Positions 55,239 to 64,000 of a stretch of 64,000 nt of DNA are shown here, in pieces; position 1 is the stretch's first letter; the number at the start of each line of letters is the position of its first letter. Source of the stretch: an uncultured Bacteriovoracaceae bacterium (GTDB lineage: Bacteria; Bdellovibrionota; UBA1018; UBA923); assembly GCA_964572865.1 (NCBI GenBank), contig CAZNGN010000005.1, forward strand, positions 48,104 through 112,103, written 5' to 3'. A model generated the notes under the pieces. It made no database searches. It saw nothing but the letters and a program-made list of their open reading frames with translations, and was not told where the DNA came from. The translations under genes were made by a program, and so were the position numbers.

Positions 55239-55303
55239 GTACTCAATTATATTTGAATAAATTAACTCGACAGCACAAAGCGAAATACATAGAATTTTTA
55301 TGA

Positions 55304-55945
55304 ATGAGAACAACACGTTACTACTTTATTTTCAGTATTTTAATTTGTAATTTTTTTATATTGAATCAGGCTTCTGCTTCCACATCTGAGTCAGAAGATT
55401 TTAAACCAAAACCGTTAGATGGTGTGATGATTGAATCGGTTGAAACTTATCCAAACCCACAAACTCATCAATTTGGAATTGGGATTGGATTATATCCAAA
55501 CGATCCTTACTACACAGGTTTATTGATTAGCGCAAACTACACCTATCACTTTAACCCAATTCTTTCATGGGAAGTAGCAAATGTAAGTTACGCATATTCT
55601 GTTCAAAATAGTTTAACTACGGAACTTGCAGAAAAATATAATGTGAATCCGAAAAAAATTAAAAGACTTGAGTTCTTACTTTCATCTGATTTTTTATATA
55701 ATATTGTAAATGGAAAATTCGTATTAGCTAAAGAATTCATACGATATTTTAAAATTGATGCTTTGGGTGGTATAGGTCTTGTAAATTCGAATTTATCAAG
55801 TGACATTGCAGGTCTTGCTGGATTACGATTTGAAATTTTAACACATGGCAATTTCTCTTGGCGCTTTGATATTCGAGACGCAATGACTGTTACCAATGGA
55901 AATAATTACATTACTTTAACTTTAGGTTTAGGGATTAGTTTGTAA
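55304..55945 (+). CDS. Small outer-membrane beta-barrel-like protein (paralogue of 60504-61172)
   Basis: 213 aa. Signal peptide and amphipathic strands. N-terminal block HQFGIGIGLYP...LSWEVANVSYAYS aligns with HMRFGFGLIP...LDWEILGISYSS of the 222-aa protein. Confidence 0.5.
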   Translation: MRTTRYYFIFSILICNFFILNQASASTSESEDFKPKPLDGVMIESVETYPNPQTHQFGIGIGLYPNDPYYTGLLISANYTYHFNPILSWEVANVSYAYSVQNSLTTELAEKYNVNPKKIKRLEFLLSSDFLYNIVNGKFVLAKEFIRYFKIDALGGIGLVNSNLSSDIAGLAGLRFEILTHGNFSWRFDIRDAMTVTNGNNYITLTLGLGISL

Positions 55946-57310
55946 ATGAGAACTAAATTTGTTCTTACACTGTTCTTACTGAGCATATTTTTGAATCCTG
56001 TTTTAGCTGCCACAACCAGTGTAAATAATACTACTAAATGGGCAGGAACTATACCAAATCAAGCAAAAGAACCTAAATCTTGGGTACAGCTTTTAGACCA
56101 ACTTGAAGAAAAGAAAATGCAATTTAGTTTACTTGCGGCAGCTTCAAGAATGTTGGTTCTATTTAATGAACTGAATGTAAAAGAAAAGGCGTACCGATCA
56201 ATTATTTCTATCATCGATATGGGATACCCTTTTCCGCTTCAAAACTTATTTTTATCTGGAGACTTATCCTCTACTAGTGATCTAGATTTTAATAATTCAT
56301 ACAGCTTATATAAATCTATTTTAAATAAAGATCGTGGAATGTCTAAATGGGCACAAAACTACTTAGATAGCATTACTAAAAAAGAAGAATTTCCAAAGTA
56401 TCAATTTTATTTAGCAATTGATCTTTTGTCTCAAAAAAAATATCAAGAAGCAGATGAAAAATTAAAAGCAATCTTAAAACAAGATTATGAACCAAAAAAC
56501 TTTAGCTTTGTTAAAAAAGTAACTCGTACACTTGCAAGATCATATTTTGATCAAGAAAAATACGCTGAAAGCTATGACATTTACAGCAATTATTTATTAA
56601 AATTAAATCCTATACTTCCTAATGACTGGCTCGAAGCTGCGTGGAATTTATATTATTTAAAAAAATATCAAGAAGCTTTAGGAATGGTCTATAACTTAGA
56701 ATCTACAAGTTCTTTGCGTAATTTTATGAACCTAGAAAAATATACTTTACGTGCTTTAATTTACCGTAATTTATGTGCCGTTCAAAATGCAGAAACATTA
56801 ATTGATACATTTCAAAAAGACTTTGGTTTAATCATTAATGGCATTAAACGAGGAGAGCCAGCTTCAAAATATTCTGAGTTAATTGATTTAGATGTAATTG
56901 AAAACCAAGAGTACAAACAACTCAGCAGAACATTGGCACAATTAAAAGCCGAATCTACAATGTATAAAATTTTACCAGAAGAGCTCCACTCGCTTGCAAA
57001 TTATCTTTTTGAAACAGAAGTACGAATGATAGATCAAAAAATTAAAGGTATTAGAGACCGTGCATTTGAAGTAGGATCAAAAAAATTGATAATGATGGAT
57101 GAAAACCTAAGATTTTTAAAATTCGATGTTCAAAGAGAAAAATATAATCCTGACTTAGTATTTAAACCAATATTTGAAAATGATTTAAATCAACCTGTAT
57201 TAGAAACTAAATCTGATAATTATTTAATTCATTGGAATCAATATGGCGATTTCTGGAGAGATGAACGCCTTTTAATGAAAGGAATATTGCCAAACCGATG
57301 TTCCGAATAA
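55946..57310 (+). CDS. Secreted TPR-like repeat protein
   Basis: 454 aa. Signal peptide LSIFLNPVLAA. TPR-like helices (KYQEADEKLKAILKQD, KYQEALGMVYNLE). The start directly abuts the upstream stop. Confidence 0.55.
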   Translation: MRTKFVLTLFLLSIFLNPVLAATTSVNNTTKWAGTIPNQAKEPKSWVQLLDQLEEKKMQFSLLAAASRMLVLFNELNVKEKAYRSIISIIDMGYPFPLQNLFLSGDLSSTSDLDFNNSYSLYKSILNKDRGMSKWAQNYLDSITKKEEFPKYQFYLAIDLLSQKKYQEADEKLKAILKQDYEPKNFSFVKKVTRTLARSYFDQEKYAESYDIYSNYLLKLNPILPNDWLEAAWNLYYLKKYQEALGMVYNLESTSSLRNFMNLEKYTLRALIYRNLCAVQNAETLIDTFQKDFGLIINGIKRGEPASKYSELIDLDVIENQEYKQLSRTLAQLKAESTMYKILPEELHSLANYLFETEVRMIDQKIKGIRDRAFEVGSKKLIMMDENLRFLKFDVQREKYNPDLVFKPIFENDLNQPVLETKSDNYLIHWNQYGDFWRDERLLMKGILPNRCSE

Positions 57311-60300
57311 TTATATTTATTTTATTTTTATTTACTTCTTTTGTTCACGCTCAAGAAGACCCGCTTCAAGAAGGAAATTTTGAAGAAAAACTTAAAAACA
57401 TGTTTGATCGAACTGAAAAGTCAATCAAGTTAGTTCGAGATCAAATTGTTGAAAGTCAAAACGCACCTTTTTTACCTGAATTATATATGCAGCTCGCCGA
57501 ACTATTAACTCAGAAATCAAATGCTCTCTATTATCTGCAAATGGAGAAAATGAAAAAGCAAGACTCTATGGTTAGTGGCGATAAAGCTTTTTCTCCTGTT
57601 GTTCAAACGCAAAAAGAAGCGATTTCAATCTATCACCGAGTACTTCAAGATTTTCCAAACTTTAAATCTAGAGACCAAGCGCTTTTTAGACTTGCACTTG
57701 CCTGTAAGTCGATTGATGAAATTCCTGAATTCATTGACATTAGCAATCGACTACTTTCCAGTTATCCAAATGGTGAAGAAGCAATGAAAGTTCGCCTACT
57801 TCGTGGCCAACATCATTTCGAAAATATGGAATTCGATGCTGCTATGAAATTTTTAATTCCTGTAACACAAGTAAAGTTTGTTTACGAAAAAAACTTAGCT
57901 AAATATCGATTAGGTTTAATCTATATTGCCAAAGACAAATTCAAAGATGCTTTAATCCAATTTGAACAAGTAATTTTGGATCCAGAATTAAAAGAGCAAG
58001 ACAATCCATATAATATTTCATTTAAAACCAAATCATCTAAAACTGATTTAAAACGTGAAGCATTAATTGATTCAATTCGGGCTTATACAAAAGTATATGA
58101 AAAAAATCCTGATCCGATTGGATATTATTCTAAACTTGCACCTAGCGAAGTGCATTTTCAAGAAGTTATGGAGAAGCTATCTGTTCGTTATATCAATATG
58201 AAAAAATATGATGAAGCAATTAAACTTTTGCGTGCAACATCAGAACGTACTGCAGATCCACAAAAAATTATATCAATCTACCAACAAGTTCTGGTAATGA
58301 TTCCGATCAAGGATAGGATCAATGTACCTGTATCAGAAATTAGATTTGTTTTAGATAAATTTAATATTTGGTCTAGTTACTTTGATATTCCAAAAGCTGT
58401 TTTGAATAATGCATATGGCTTCTTCGAAAAGCAAGTAAGAGACTTAGGCACTACTGCTCACGACTATGCAAAAATTGAACGCAACCTTGAAAGTAAAGCA
58501 AAGTTATTAAAAAGAGCACGTGACTTTTACCAACTATATATTGGTTTTTTTGATAAAACTCAATTTACACTTAAAATGGCAATCAATCTTGCTGATGTTT
58601 ATTATCTAATTGGTGATTACTTACATAGTGGAGAATATTACTTACGCATTTATTTTGGAGAATATGGTCGAACAAAAGATTCTCGTGTGTTACTTGAAAA
58701 TGCGATCTTAAGTTTACAAAAGAAATCTCCAGGAAAAGAATTTACATTTTATGAAAATGTTCGAATGAGAGGATATTTAATCAAAGCAATCGAAACTTAT
58801 TTTCAATATGATGCCAGAAAAAAGAATGACCCAAAGTTAACATTGGCTTTATATAAAGCTGAATATGAACAAGGATTTTTTCCTGATGTATTAGAAAAAC
58901 TTTTTGAATTCTCTAGAAAATTCAAAAATACACCACAATCATATGAAGCCGCTGATTTAGTATTAGATTACTTTAACACCCGAAACGAATTTGTTGCTCT
59001 TGATAATTGGATCAATCGTTTTTTAAATCTTAAATTTTCAAATGCATCTTTTAATTCAAAACTCATTTCAATGAGAAACCAAGCTAAAAGTAAAGTCTTA
59101 AAAGAAAAGGTAAAAACCATTGCTGGTTATGATGAATTTGCTCAAGGAAAAAGTTATCTGGCAGCAGCATTAGCCACAGGCGACTCCTCATTTGGTAACG
59201 AAGTTTTAAAGCAAGCACTTGCCAAAAGTAAAGCGGAACGTGATATTCAAACTTTTTTAGAAGCTGCAAATATACTGGCAAAGAAAGAAAGCGACCCTAA
59301 GAAAAAATCAAACATTCTACATTCAATTTCTCTTGAACATGCAAAGCATGGTAATTTTTATTCATCTTTAAAAATTGACTCTCAAATGATGAACGATGAA
59401 ACCTTAACACCAAAAGAACAATTGAGCGCCGTTGAAGAAGGAATACAAATCAGTTTAATGCTTCGAGATTGGGCAAAGCTTGAAGAATTTACATCTAATC
59501 AACTATCTAACAATATTGATAGCGCCGTTAAAACTAAACTTCAAAATCAACTTTCAGACTTAATTGACTCACCGATTTCGATTTCAGACAATTTAACACA
59601 ACATTTAGTACGAATGGGTGTGAATGATGAAGTGTTGCTATCACTTTATAAATCACAACACAAGTTAAGTCCAAATTTACAGTCTATGATCGCAAGAGAG
59701 ATTTCAGCACGATGTGGAACTCAAAGCAAACAATCTGTATGTAAATGGGAAAACCTAAAAAGAGCTGATCTTCAATTAAATACTTTTCGTAGTAATGTAA
59801 ATGATTGCCCTAATACCATCGAAGGTATCGATCGCTGCGCAAAACTATTTTTAAATTTAACAACTTATTTACAAATTTTTGAAGGCAGTGGCGAGTCATT
59901 GTTTGAACTCGCCGTTTCACAAAAAAATTATGAAGCATATACTATTTTCGCAAGTTTTTTATACAAAGCCTCTAATTCTTCTCCTGACTTGCAGCAAGTA
60001 TTATTACAAAAATCAAAAGAAACTATGGGAACTGCAAATGTATATTCATCCAAATGTAAGACGATTGCTGAAAAAAGCATTACGGCTCGCTTTGCGCTAA
60101 AAATTTGCGGACAAAGTAAATCTCCTACAGTAAATGAGCTCTTTGAATCAAAAAGTATTAGTTTGCTCAATCCTAGTTCAATGCCAACATCTGATCCTAC
60201 CAATGCACAAATCAATGAATTACAAAAAACAATTTTCGCATCTAAGGATTCCTCATTGTCAGCGCTCAGTTTGACTAAACTTTTTTATGATCAAGGATAT

Positions 60301-60507
60301 CATCATCATGCTGCTGCAATGTCAGCACAAGGTCTTTCTTCAAATAAAGATGCAAACGGTGAATATCACACTTTGATGGGTTGTTCATTAATACGAATAG
60401 GACTAATTAACGAAGCAAAGTTTCATTTAAATAGCGGGGCTATGATGGACGGTTTAAAGACAAATTGTCTTGCTAATTTAAATGCAATACGTGGAGATAT
60501 CCAATGA
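57298..60507 (+). CDS. Large secreted TPR-repeat protein
   Basis: 1069 aa. Signal peptide IIIFILFLFTSFVHA. Many TPR-like pairs (FDAAMKFLIPV, KFKDALIQFEQVI, KYDEAIKLLRA). Overlaps the upstream gene by 13 nt and the downstream gene by 4 nt. Confidence 0.6.
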   Translation: MFRIIIFILFLFTSFVHAQEDPLQEGNFEEKLKNMFDRTEKSIKLVRDQIVESQNAPFLPELYMQLAELLTQKSNALYYLQMEKMKKQDSMVSGDKAFSPVVQTQKEAISIYHRVLQDFPNFKSRDQALFRLALACKSIDEIPEFIDISNRLLSSYPNGEEAMKVRLLRGQHHFENMEFDAAMKFLIPVTQVKFVYEKNLAKYRLGLIYIAKDKFKDALIQFEQVILDPELKEQDNPYNISFKTKSSKTDLKREALIDSIRAYTKVYEKNPDPIGYYSKLAPSEVHFQEVMEKLSVRYINMKKYDEAIKLLRATSERTADPQKIISIYQQVLVMIPIKDRINVPVSEIRFVLDKFNIWSSYFDIPKAVLNNAYGFFEKQVRDLGTTAHDYAKIERNLESKAKLLKRARDFYQLYIGFFDKTQFTLKMAINLADVYYLIGDYLHSGEYYLRIYFGEYGRTKDSRVLLENAILSLQKKSPGKEFTFYENVRMRGYLIKAIETYFQYDARKKNDPKLTLALYKAEYEQGFFPDVLEKLFEFSRKFKNTPQSYEAADLVLDYFNTRNEFVALDNWINRFLNLKFSNASFNSKLISMRNQAKSKVLKEKVKTIAGYDEFAQGKSYLAAALATGDSSFGNEVLKQALAKSKAERDIQTFLEAANILAKKESDPKKKSNILHSISLEHAKHGNFYSSLKIDSQMMNDETLTPKEQLSAVEEGIQISLMLRDWAKLEEFTSNQLSNNIDSAVKTKLQNQLSDLIDSPISISDNLTQHLVRMGVNDEVLLSLYKSQHKLSPNLQSMIAREISARCGTQSKQSVCKWENLKRADLQLNTFRSNVNDCPNTIEGIDRCAKLFLNLTTYLQIFEGSGESLFELAVSQKNYEAYTIFASFLYKASNSSPDLQQVLLQKSKETMGTANVYSSKCKTIAEKSITARFALKICGQSKSPTVNELFESKSISLLNPSSMPTSDPTNAQINELQKTIFASKDSSLSALSLTKLFYDQGYHHHAAAMSAQGLSSNKDANGEYHTLMGCSLIRIGLINEAKFHLNSGAMMDGLKTNCLANLNAIRGDIQ

Positions 60508-61172
60508 AAACTATTTTCATTTTTTTATTTCTACTCTTTTCACAATTTACTCATGCACAATCAATGAATCAATCTACTGCTTTTTTAGATGAATTTCCTC
60601 ATATGAAAAAACATCTTTTTGAGGAACCAGATAATCATATGCGTTTTGGGTTCGGATTAATTCCAGTACAATTTATGAAAAACAAAGCTGGTTTAGGCTT
60701 TAATATTATTCAAATGCATTGGATTCATTCACTACTTGATTGGGAAATTTTAGGAATTTCATATTCTTCAACAGTTTCGGGAGAACCTGTTTCGCAAATT
60801 AATCTATTTACATTTAAAACTGCTCCCAAAATTAGAATTACTGAAAATGTAAGTATCGGTGGTGTATTTGGTGAAGAATTTGTAAGCTTTCCATTAATCA
60901 AAAGTAGAATTTATAAAGATGTGTTATTCACACCTGAAGAATCTTTTTCTACCAAAGGACCATTGTATGGACTAGTTTTGTCAGAAACATTTAAGGCGGG
61001 TGATAAACATTTGATCAAAGTTAATCAAATGGCATATCGTCAAATGTATAAAACAGACGGTACCACTAATGGCTGGAAATATTATTATACAAGTGATGAT
61101 TCATTAAACAAAAGTCAAAAACCTATTGCTCCCGGTATTGTATTTCTAATGGATATTTCTTTTTTATTTTAA
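60504..61172 (+). CDS. Small outer-membrane beta-barrel-like protein (paralogue of 55304-55945)
   Basis: 222 aa. Signal peptide, amphipathic strands and a C-terminal ...MDISFLF (terminal Phe). Confidence 0.5.
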   Translation: MKTIFIFLFLLFSQFTHAQSMNQSTAFLDEFPHMKKHLFEEPDNHMRFGFGLIPVQFMKNKAGLGFNIIQMHWIHSLLDWEILGISYSSTVSGEPVSQINLFTFKTAPKIRITENVSIGGVFGEEFVSFPLIKSRIYKDVLFTPEESFSTKGPLYGLVLSETFKAGDKHLIKVNQMAYRQMYKTDGTTNGWKYYYTSDDSLNKSQKPIAPGIVFLMDISFLF

Positions 61173-61181
61173 GGAGATTTT

Positions 61182-61613
61182 ATGAAATTTATTATTCAAA
61201 CAGTTATTTTTGCTGCAATATATTTTATTTATCTTTCAACATTTTTAACTGTGTCTATACAAAAAATCAAAAGTGGTCCACAGGATTGGTTTTTAAAACA
61301 ATTCAATGGAACAATTATTGAAAAGCTTCCAGGTGGCGCAAAATTTGGTTTTTGGTTCATTACAATTTTAGAAACATCCGTATCTATTTTTTTAATTTTA
61401 GCATTATTCAATGGTGAGTGGACTTTAACTAAAGCCCACCTATTTTGGCTTCCACTAGGCATTTCTGTGGCAGCGCTTACCTTTTCGCTATTAGGATTTG
61501 GACTTAGAATTTCAAATGACTTCCAAGGCGCTTCGAATTTATTTAGTTATTTTGGTGCAAGTATCGTCGTTCTTATTTTTCTACAATCTCATCCATATAC
61601 GTTTATACGCTGA
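61182..61613 (+). CDS. Small integral membrane protein (4 TM, DoxX-like?)
   Basis: 143 aa with four hydrophobic segments. Starts 9 nt after the upstream stop. Confidence 0.45.
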   Translation: MKFIIQTVIFAAIYFIYLSTFLTVSIQKIKSGPQDWFLKQFNGTIIEKLPGGAKFGFWFITILETSVSIFLILALFNGEWTLTKAHLFWLPLGISVAALTFSLLGFGLRISNDFQGASNLFSYFGASIVVLIFLQSHPYTFIR

Positions 61614-61694
61614 TTGGTAGGAATAAATTACCGTCATATTAATATAATATAAGTCTTTTCTTTATTTGATGCTCGTAATTGTCGATGAATTATT

Positions 61695-62804
61695 ATGACT
61701 AAATATTTAATACTATTCATTATAATTTCTATTAATAGTTTTGCTAATGAAGATGATTTAAATCTGAAAGTAGCAAAAAACCAAATCCAATTATCTAAAA
61801 AGAAATTTTTAACAAACATACCTGATGAGTTAAAAGTAACTGCTCAAAAATGTGCATATTATTTATTAAATGGTAAAACACAGTTTAAAAAAATTGTAGA
61901 CCACAATATTGAATTTTTTCAAGCAATTCAAAATGCACGTTCAAAATATATTGAACCGACTGTTGAGAATTCGATTGCATTTGCAAATCTAGAAGAAGAG
62001 TATGCTGAGATTTGCCCTGGCACATTTCATTATTGCTGGGGACATACAACAACAACACGAAACTTTACACAATTAGCAATTTACGACCAATTAAATGAAT
62101 TCAATCAAATCGTTCCAGATCGAAAACTTAATAATAAAAAGTGGATTTTATTTTATTTAGAAAAAATAAATCATATTCAATCACTAAAACCTACAATCAT
62201 TCCCGGATTTAAAAATTTACATGAATTATCAAATCAACCTGAACTTCTACCCTATTTTAAAAAAACAGTAGTTGAAATGTGGGCAAAGAAAGCGATGAGA
62301 TTTAGAAATATACCAATCTTATTTAGCAATAAATTTATCATGCACACAAAAGAAGCTAATGAACTATTTGATGAAATGCAAAGACAATTAAATATGGGTT
62401 TTACTCCTAAAATATTTTTTACTTCGAAAAATGCAAGCTTTACCAGCAAAGATGAACCGGGCACTAAGTCAATACATATCGTGAATGTTTTTAAAATTGA
62501 ATTAGATGAATCTGGTAATTCTAAAATTTGGATAAAAGAAATTAGTTTGCCTGCAAAAAAAGTGAAGCAATTTATTCGTGGAGAACCTGATCCTAATAAT
62601 AAAAACAAATATAACTTTTATTATGATAAATGGAAGGGTGATAAAAATGGAGATGGTGATGAATCTTATTTATCTGAAATAGATTTTACTCCAGAAAACA
62701 CTTTCGAAATAGCACAAATGACTTCGAACTGGATTCAGTTTTGTAAACAAAATCGAGAAATTTGTAAAAAAATTATGCCAGACCTTGAAAAACGATTGCA
62801 ATAA
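61695..62804 (+). CDS. Hypothetical secreted protein (possible Cys-His-Asn hydrolase)
   Basis: 369 aa. Signal peptide LILFIIISINSFA. HYC114WGH, SIH261IVNV, GN275SKIW. See findings. Confidence 0.45.
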   Translation: MTKYLILFIIISINSFANEDDLNLKVAKNQIQLSKKKFLTNIPDELKVTAQKCAYYLLNGKTQFKKIVDHNIEFFQAIQNARSKYIEPTVENSIAFANLEEEYAEICPGTFHYCWGHTTTTRNFTQLAIYDQLNEFNQIVPDRKLNNKKWILFYLEKINHIQSLKPTIIPGFKNLHELSNQPELLPYFKKTVVEMWAKKAMRFRNIPILFSNKFIMHTKEANELFDEMQRQLNMGFTPKIFFTSKNASFTSKDEPGTKSIHIVNVFKIELDESGNSKIWIKEISLPAKKVKQFIRGEPDPNNKNKYNFYYDKWKGDKNGDGDESYLSEIDFTPENTFEIAQMTSNWIQFCKQNREICKKIMPDLEKRLQ

Positions 62805-62894
62805 TTACTCGAAAATTAATTGATTAAAAGGTTTACAGTGTTTAAACCATATTCAATTAAATTTGAAAAACCTGAATTATTTCAAAGCCGTGTT

Positions 62895-62910
62895 TGGCTG
62901 ACATATTGCA
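62895..62910 (+). promoter_or_regulatory. Sigma-54 (-24/-12) promoter candidate
   Basis: TGGCTG-ACATA-TTGCA with exact consensus spacing. Lies 31 nt upstream of the ATG at 62941. Confidence 0.55.
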
Positions 62911-62940
62911 CTTATAATAAAAAGTTAGGGGTTTTTTATA

Positions 62941-64000
62941 ATGACGGGGCATAAAACCAATTACATGGATTGGATTTTCATACTTGTGTGCACATTATTG
63001 GCACTCAGTGGCTCTGCGTGTTCAAAAACCGAAGAATTACGTGAACTTGATCAATTCAATATCGCTAAAGAACAAGATCAATCAGTAGAAGTCAATTTTT
63101 GTACCAAACCATCTCAAACGATAATGCCTGTTGTGAAAGAAATATATATCATTGATAAATCAGGTTCGAATCAACAAAATTATAAACTTAATCCTGACGG
63201 CTCCATTCAACAACCACTTACAATTTTAACAACACTTGCTACGGATCCAAATGGAATTCGTCGATATTCTGATTTTATAAATTACTTAAGTAACCAAGTA
63301 CAAGACCCTAATCATTATTATGCACTTATTAATTTAAGTTCTGTAGGCACCAACATTCCTGTCAACGGATCCACAGGTTTTACTTCTGATGCAGCAGCAT
63401 TTACATCAGTTGTTCAAACTCAATATACAAATCTAACTGACCAAGGATCTACCAATTATTTGGACTCTTTGAATAAAGCTTATCAATTGATTTACGCAGA
63501 TATTCAAACGAATGTTAACAACCCAACAGAAATTAAATCGTCAACTTACTATATATATTTTATTACAGATGGATTTCCAGTGATGAGTATTTCACCATTT
63601 ACGATTCAACAACCTTCTGACATTTTACAAAAAGTGAGTGATATCAAATCTCTAGAAACTACTTATCCTCAATATGTAGATGGTGTAAGTTTATTCACTG
63701 GATATTACTATGTAACCGGAAATGAAGATCCCAACGCTAAAACACTTTTACAAAATATGGCAAATACAGGTGGCGGCGTTGCCTATACTTTTGGTACTGG
63801 TGTATCGGTTGATTTTAGTATTTTTCAGGTCTCACCTAAAGTTTTAAATTATAATTTAAATCAAATATATCTTACCAATGAATCGGCCGTTTGGTGGAAC
63901 GGTAAATTTGTTCAGGATAGTGATGGAGATGGTTTGCCTGATACAGTAGAAACTACTCTTGGTTCATCGCCAACCGATGCGGATTCTGATCATAATGGTG
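62941..64000 (+). CDS. VWA-domain lipoprotein with Asp-rich Ca-binding-type repeats (3' end beyond window; absent from ORF track)
   Basis: Own translation: MTGHKTNYMDWIFILVCTLLALSGSAC... MIDAS IIDKSGS ... GSTNY ... FITDG. The window ends in DSDGDGLPDTVETTLGSSPTDADSDHNG. The frame is open to 64000. Confidence 0.65.
   Translation, partial: MTGHKTNYMDWIFILVCTLLALSGSACSKTEELRELDQFNIAKEQDQSVEVNFCTKPSQTIMPVVKEIYIIDKSGSNQQNYKLNPDGSIQQPLTILTTLATDPNGIRRYSDFINYLSNQVQDPNHYYALINLSSVGTNIPVNGSTGFTSDAAAFTSVVQTQYTNLTDQGSTNYLDSLNKAYQLIYADIQTNVNNPTEIKSSTYYIYFITDGFPVMSISPFTIQQPSDILQKVSDIKSLETTYPQYVDGVSLFTGYYYVTGNEDPNAKTLLQNMANTGGGVAYTFGTGVSVDFSIFQVSPKVLNYNLNQIYLTNESAVWWNGKFVQDSDGDGLPDTVETTLGSSPTDADSDHNG

Overview
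This 64-kb window comes from a low-GC chromosome (about mid-30s % G+C by eye) of a Gram-negative bacterium. Evidence for a Gram-negative envelope includes TolQRAB, beta-barrel outer-membrane proteins and many signal-peptide proteins. Gene content (sigma-54 activator, TadG-like protein, TPR/beta-barrel envelope operon, many small secreted proteins, very AT-rich intergenic DNA) suggests a Bdellovibrio-like or Bacteriovorax-like predator. That taxonomic guess is inference only.

I support about 65 protein genes, 2 tRNAs and no rRNA. I saw no CRISPR array, integrase or phage module.

Layout:
- 1-2131: PAS histidine kinase (cut by the window edge) plus an HDOD protein.
- 2217-2880: VapBC-like toxin-antitoxin pair with an operator palindrome.
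- 3-9 kb: hypothetical secreted or membrane proteins, an HD dNTPase-like enzyme, a histone-H1-like polycationic protein and a TadG-like protein.
- 9-15.6 kb: housekeeping genes (hslO, FabK/NMO-like, queF, PduO-type adenosyltransferase, murF).
- 15.6-22.9 kb: a minus-strand division and wall-remodelling string (ftsE, ftsX, envC-like, ctpA, xseA, M23 peptidase, SH3b beta-barrel).
- 24-28.2 kb: tolQ, tolR, tolA-like and tolB, followed by mepA where pal would be expected.
- 29.6-34.2 kb: a GAF-type sigma-54 activator, a class V aminotransferase and purA.
- 34.2-34.7 kb: tRNA-Lys followed by a duplicated tRNA 3' end that brackets a structured non-coding insert.
- 34.7-36.2 kb: two divergent secreted proteins.
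- 36.2-43.9 kb: rlmM-like, lon, clpX and clpP, with clpX and lon split by a 2-kb AT-rich insert (IS200/RayT-like Y1 gene plus two small secreted proteins).
- 44-46.9 kb: HGD-like dioxygenase, flavin reductase, an L24-S18 pair outside their usual operons, then tRNA-Arg followed by a related flank element.
- 47.2-49.5 kb: a detox-like string (VOC, SRPBCC, SnoaL, ArsR, ArsI/CadI).
- 50.4-64 kb: a 13.5-kb same-strand block of unknown envelope or secreted function. It holds a lipoprotein, a secreted protein, a PLP decarboxylase, an acyl-CoA-dehydrogenase-like protein, a beta-barrel/TPR/TPR/beta-barrel/membrane operon, a secreted 369-aa protein and a VWA lipoprotein.

Most noteworthy:
1. The miniature att-like elements flanking both tRNAs.
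2. Four near-consensus sigma-54 promoters, all in front of secreted or lipoprotein genes.
3. The operon in which two paralogous small beta-barrels flank two TPR proteins, reminiscent of Glt/Nfs outer-membrane modules.
4. The decarboxylase plus ACAD-like pair.

All functional calls come from motif recognition by eye. No database search was run.
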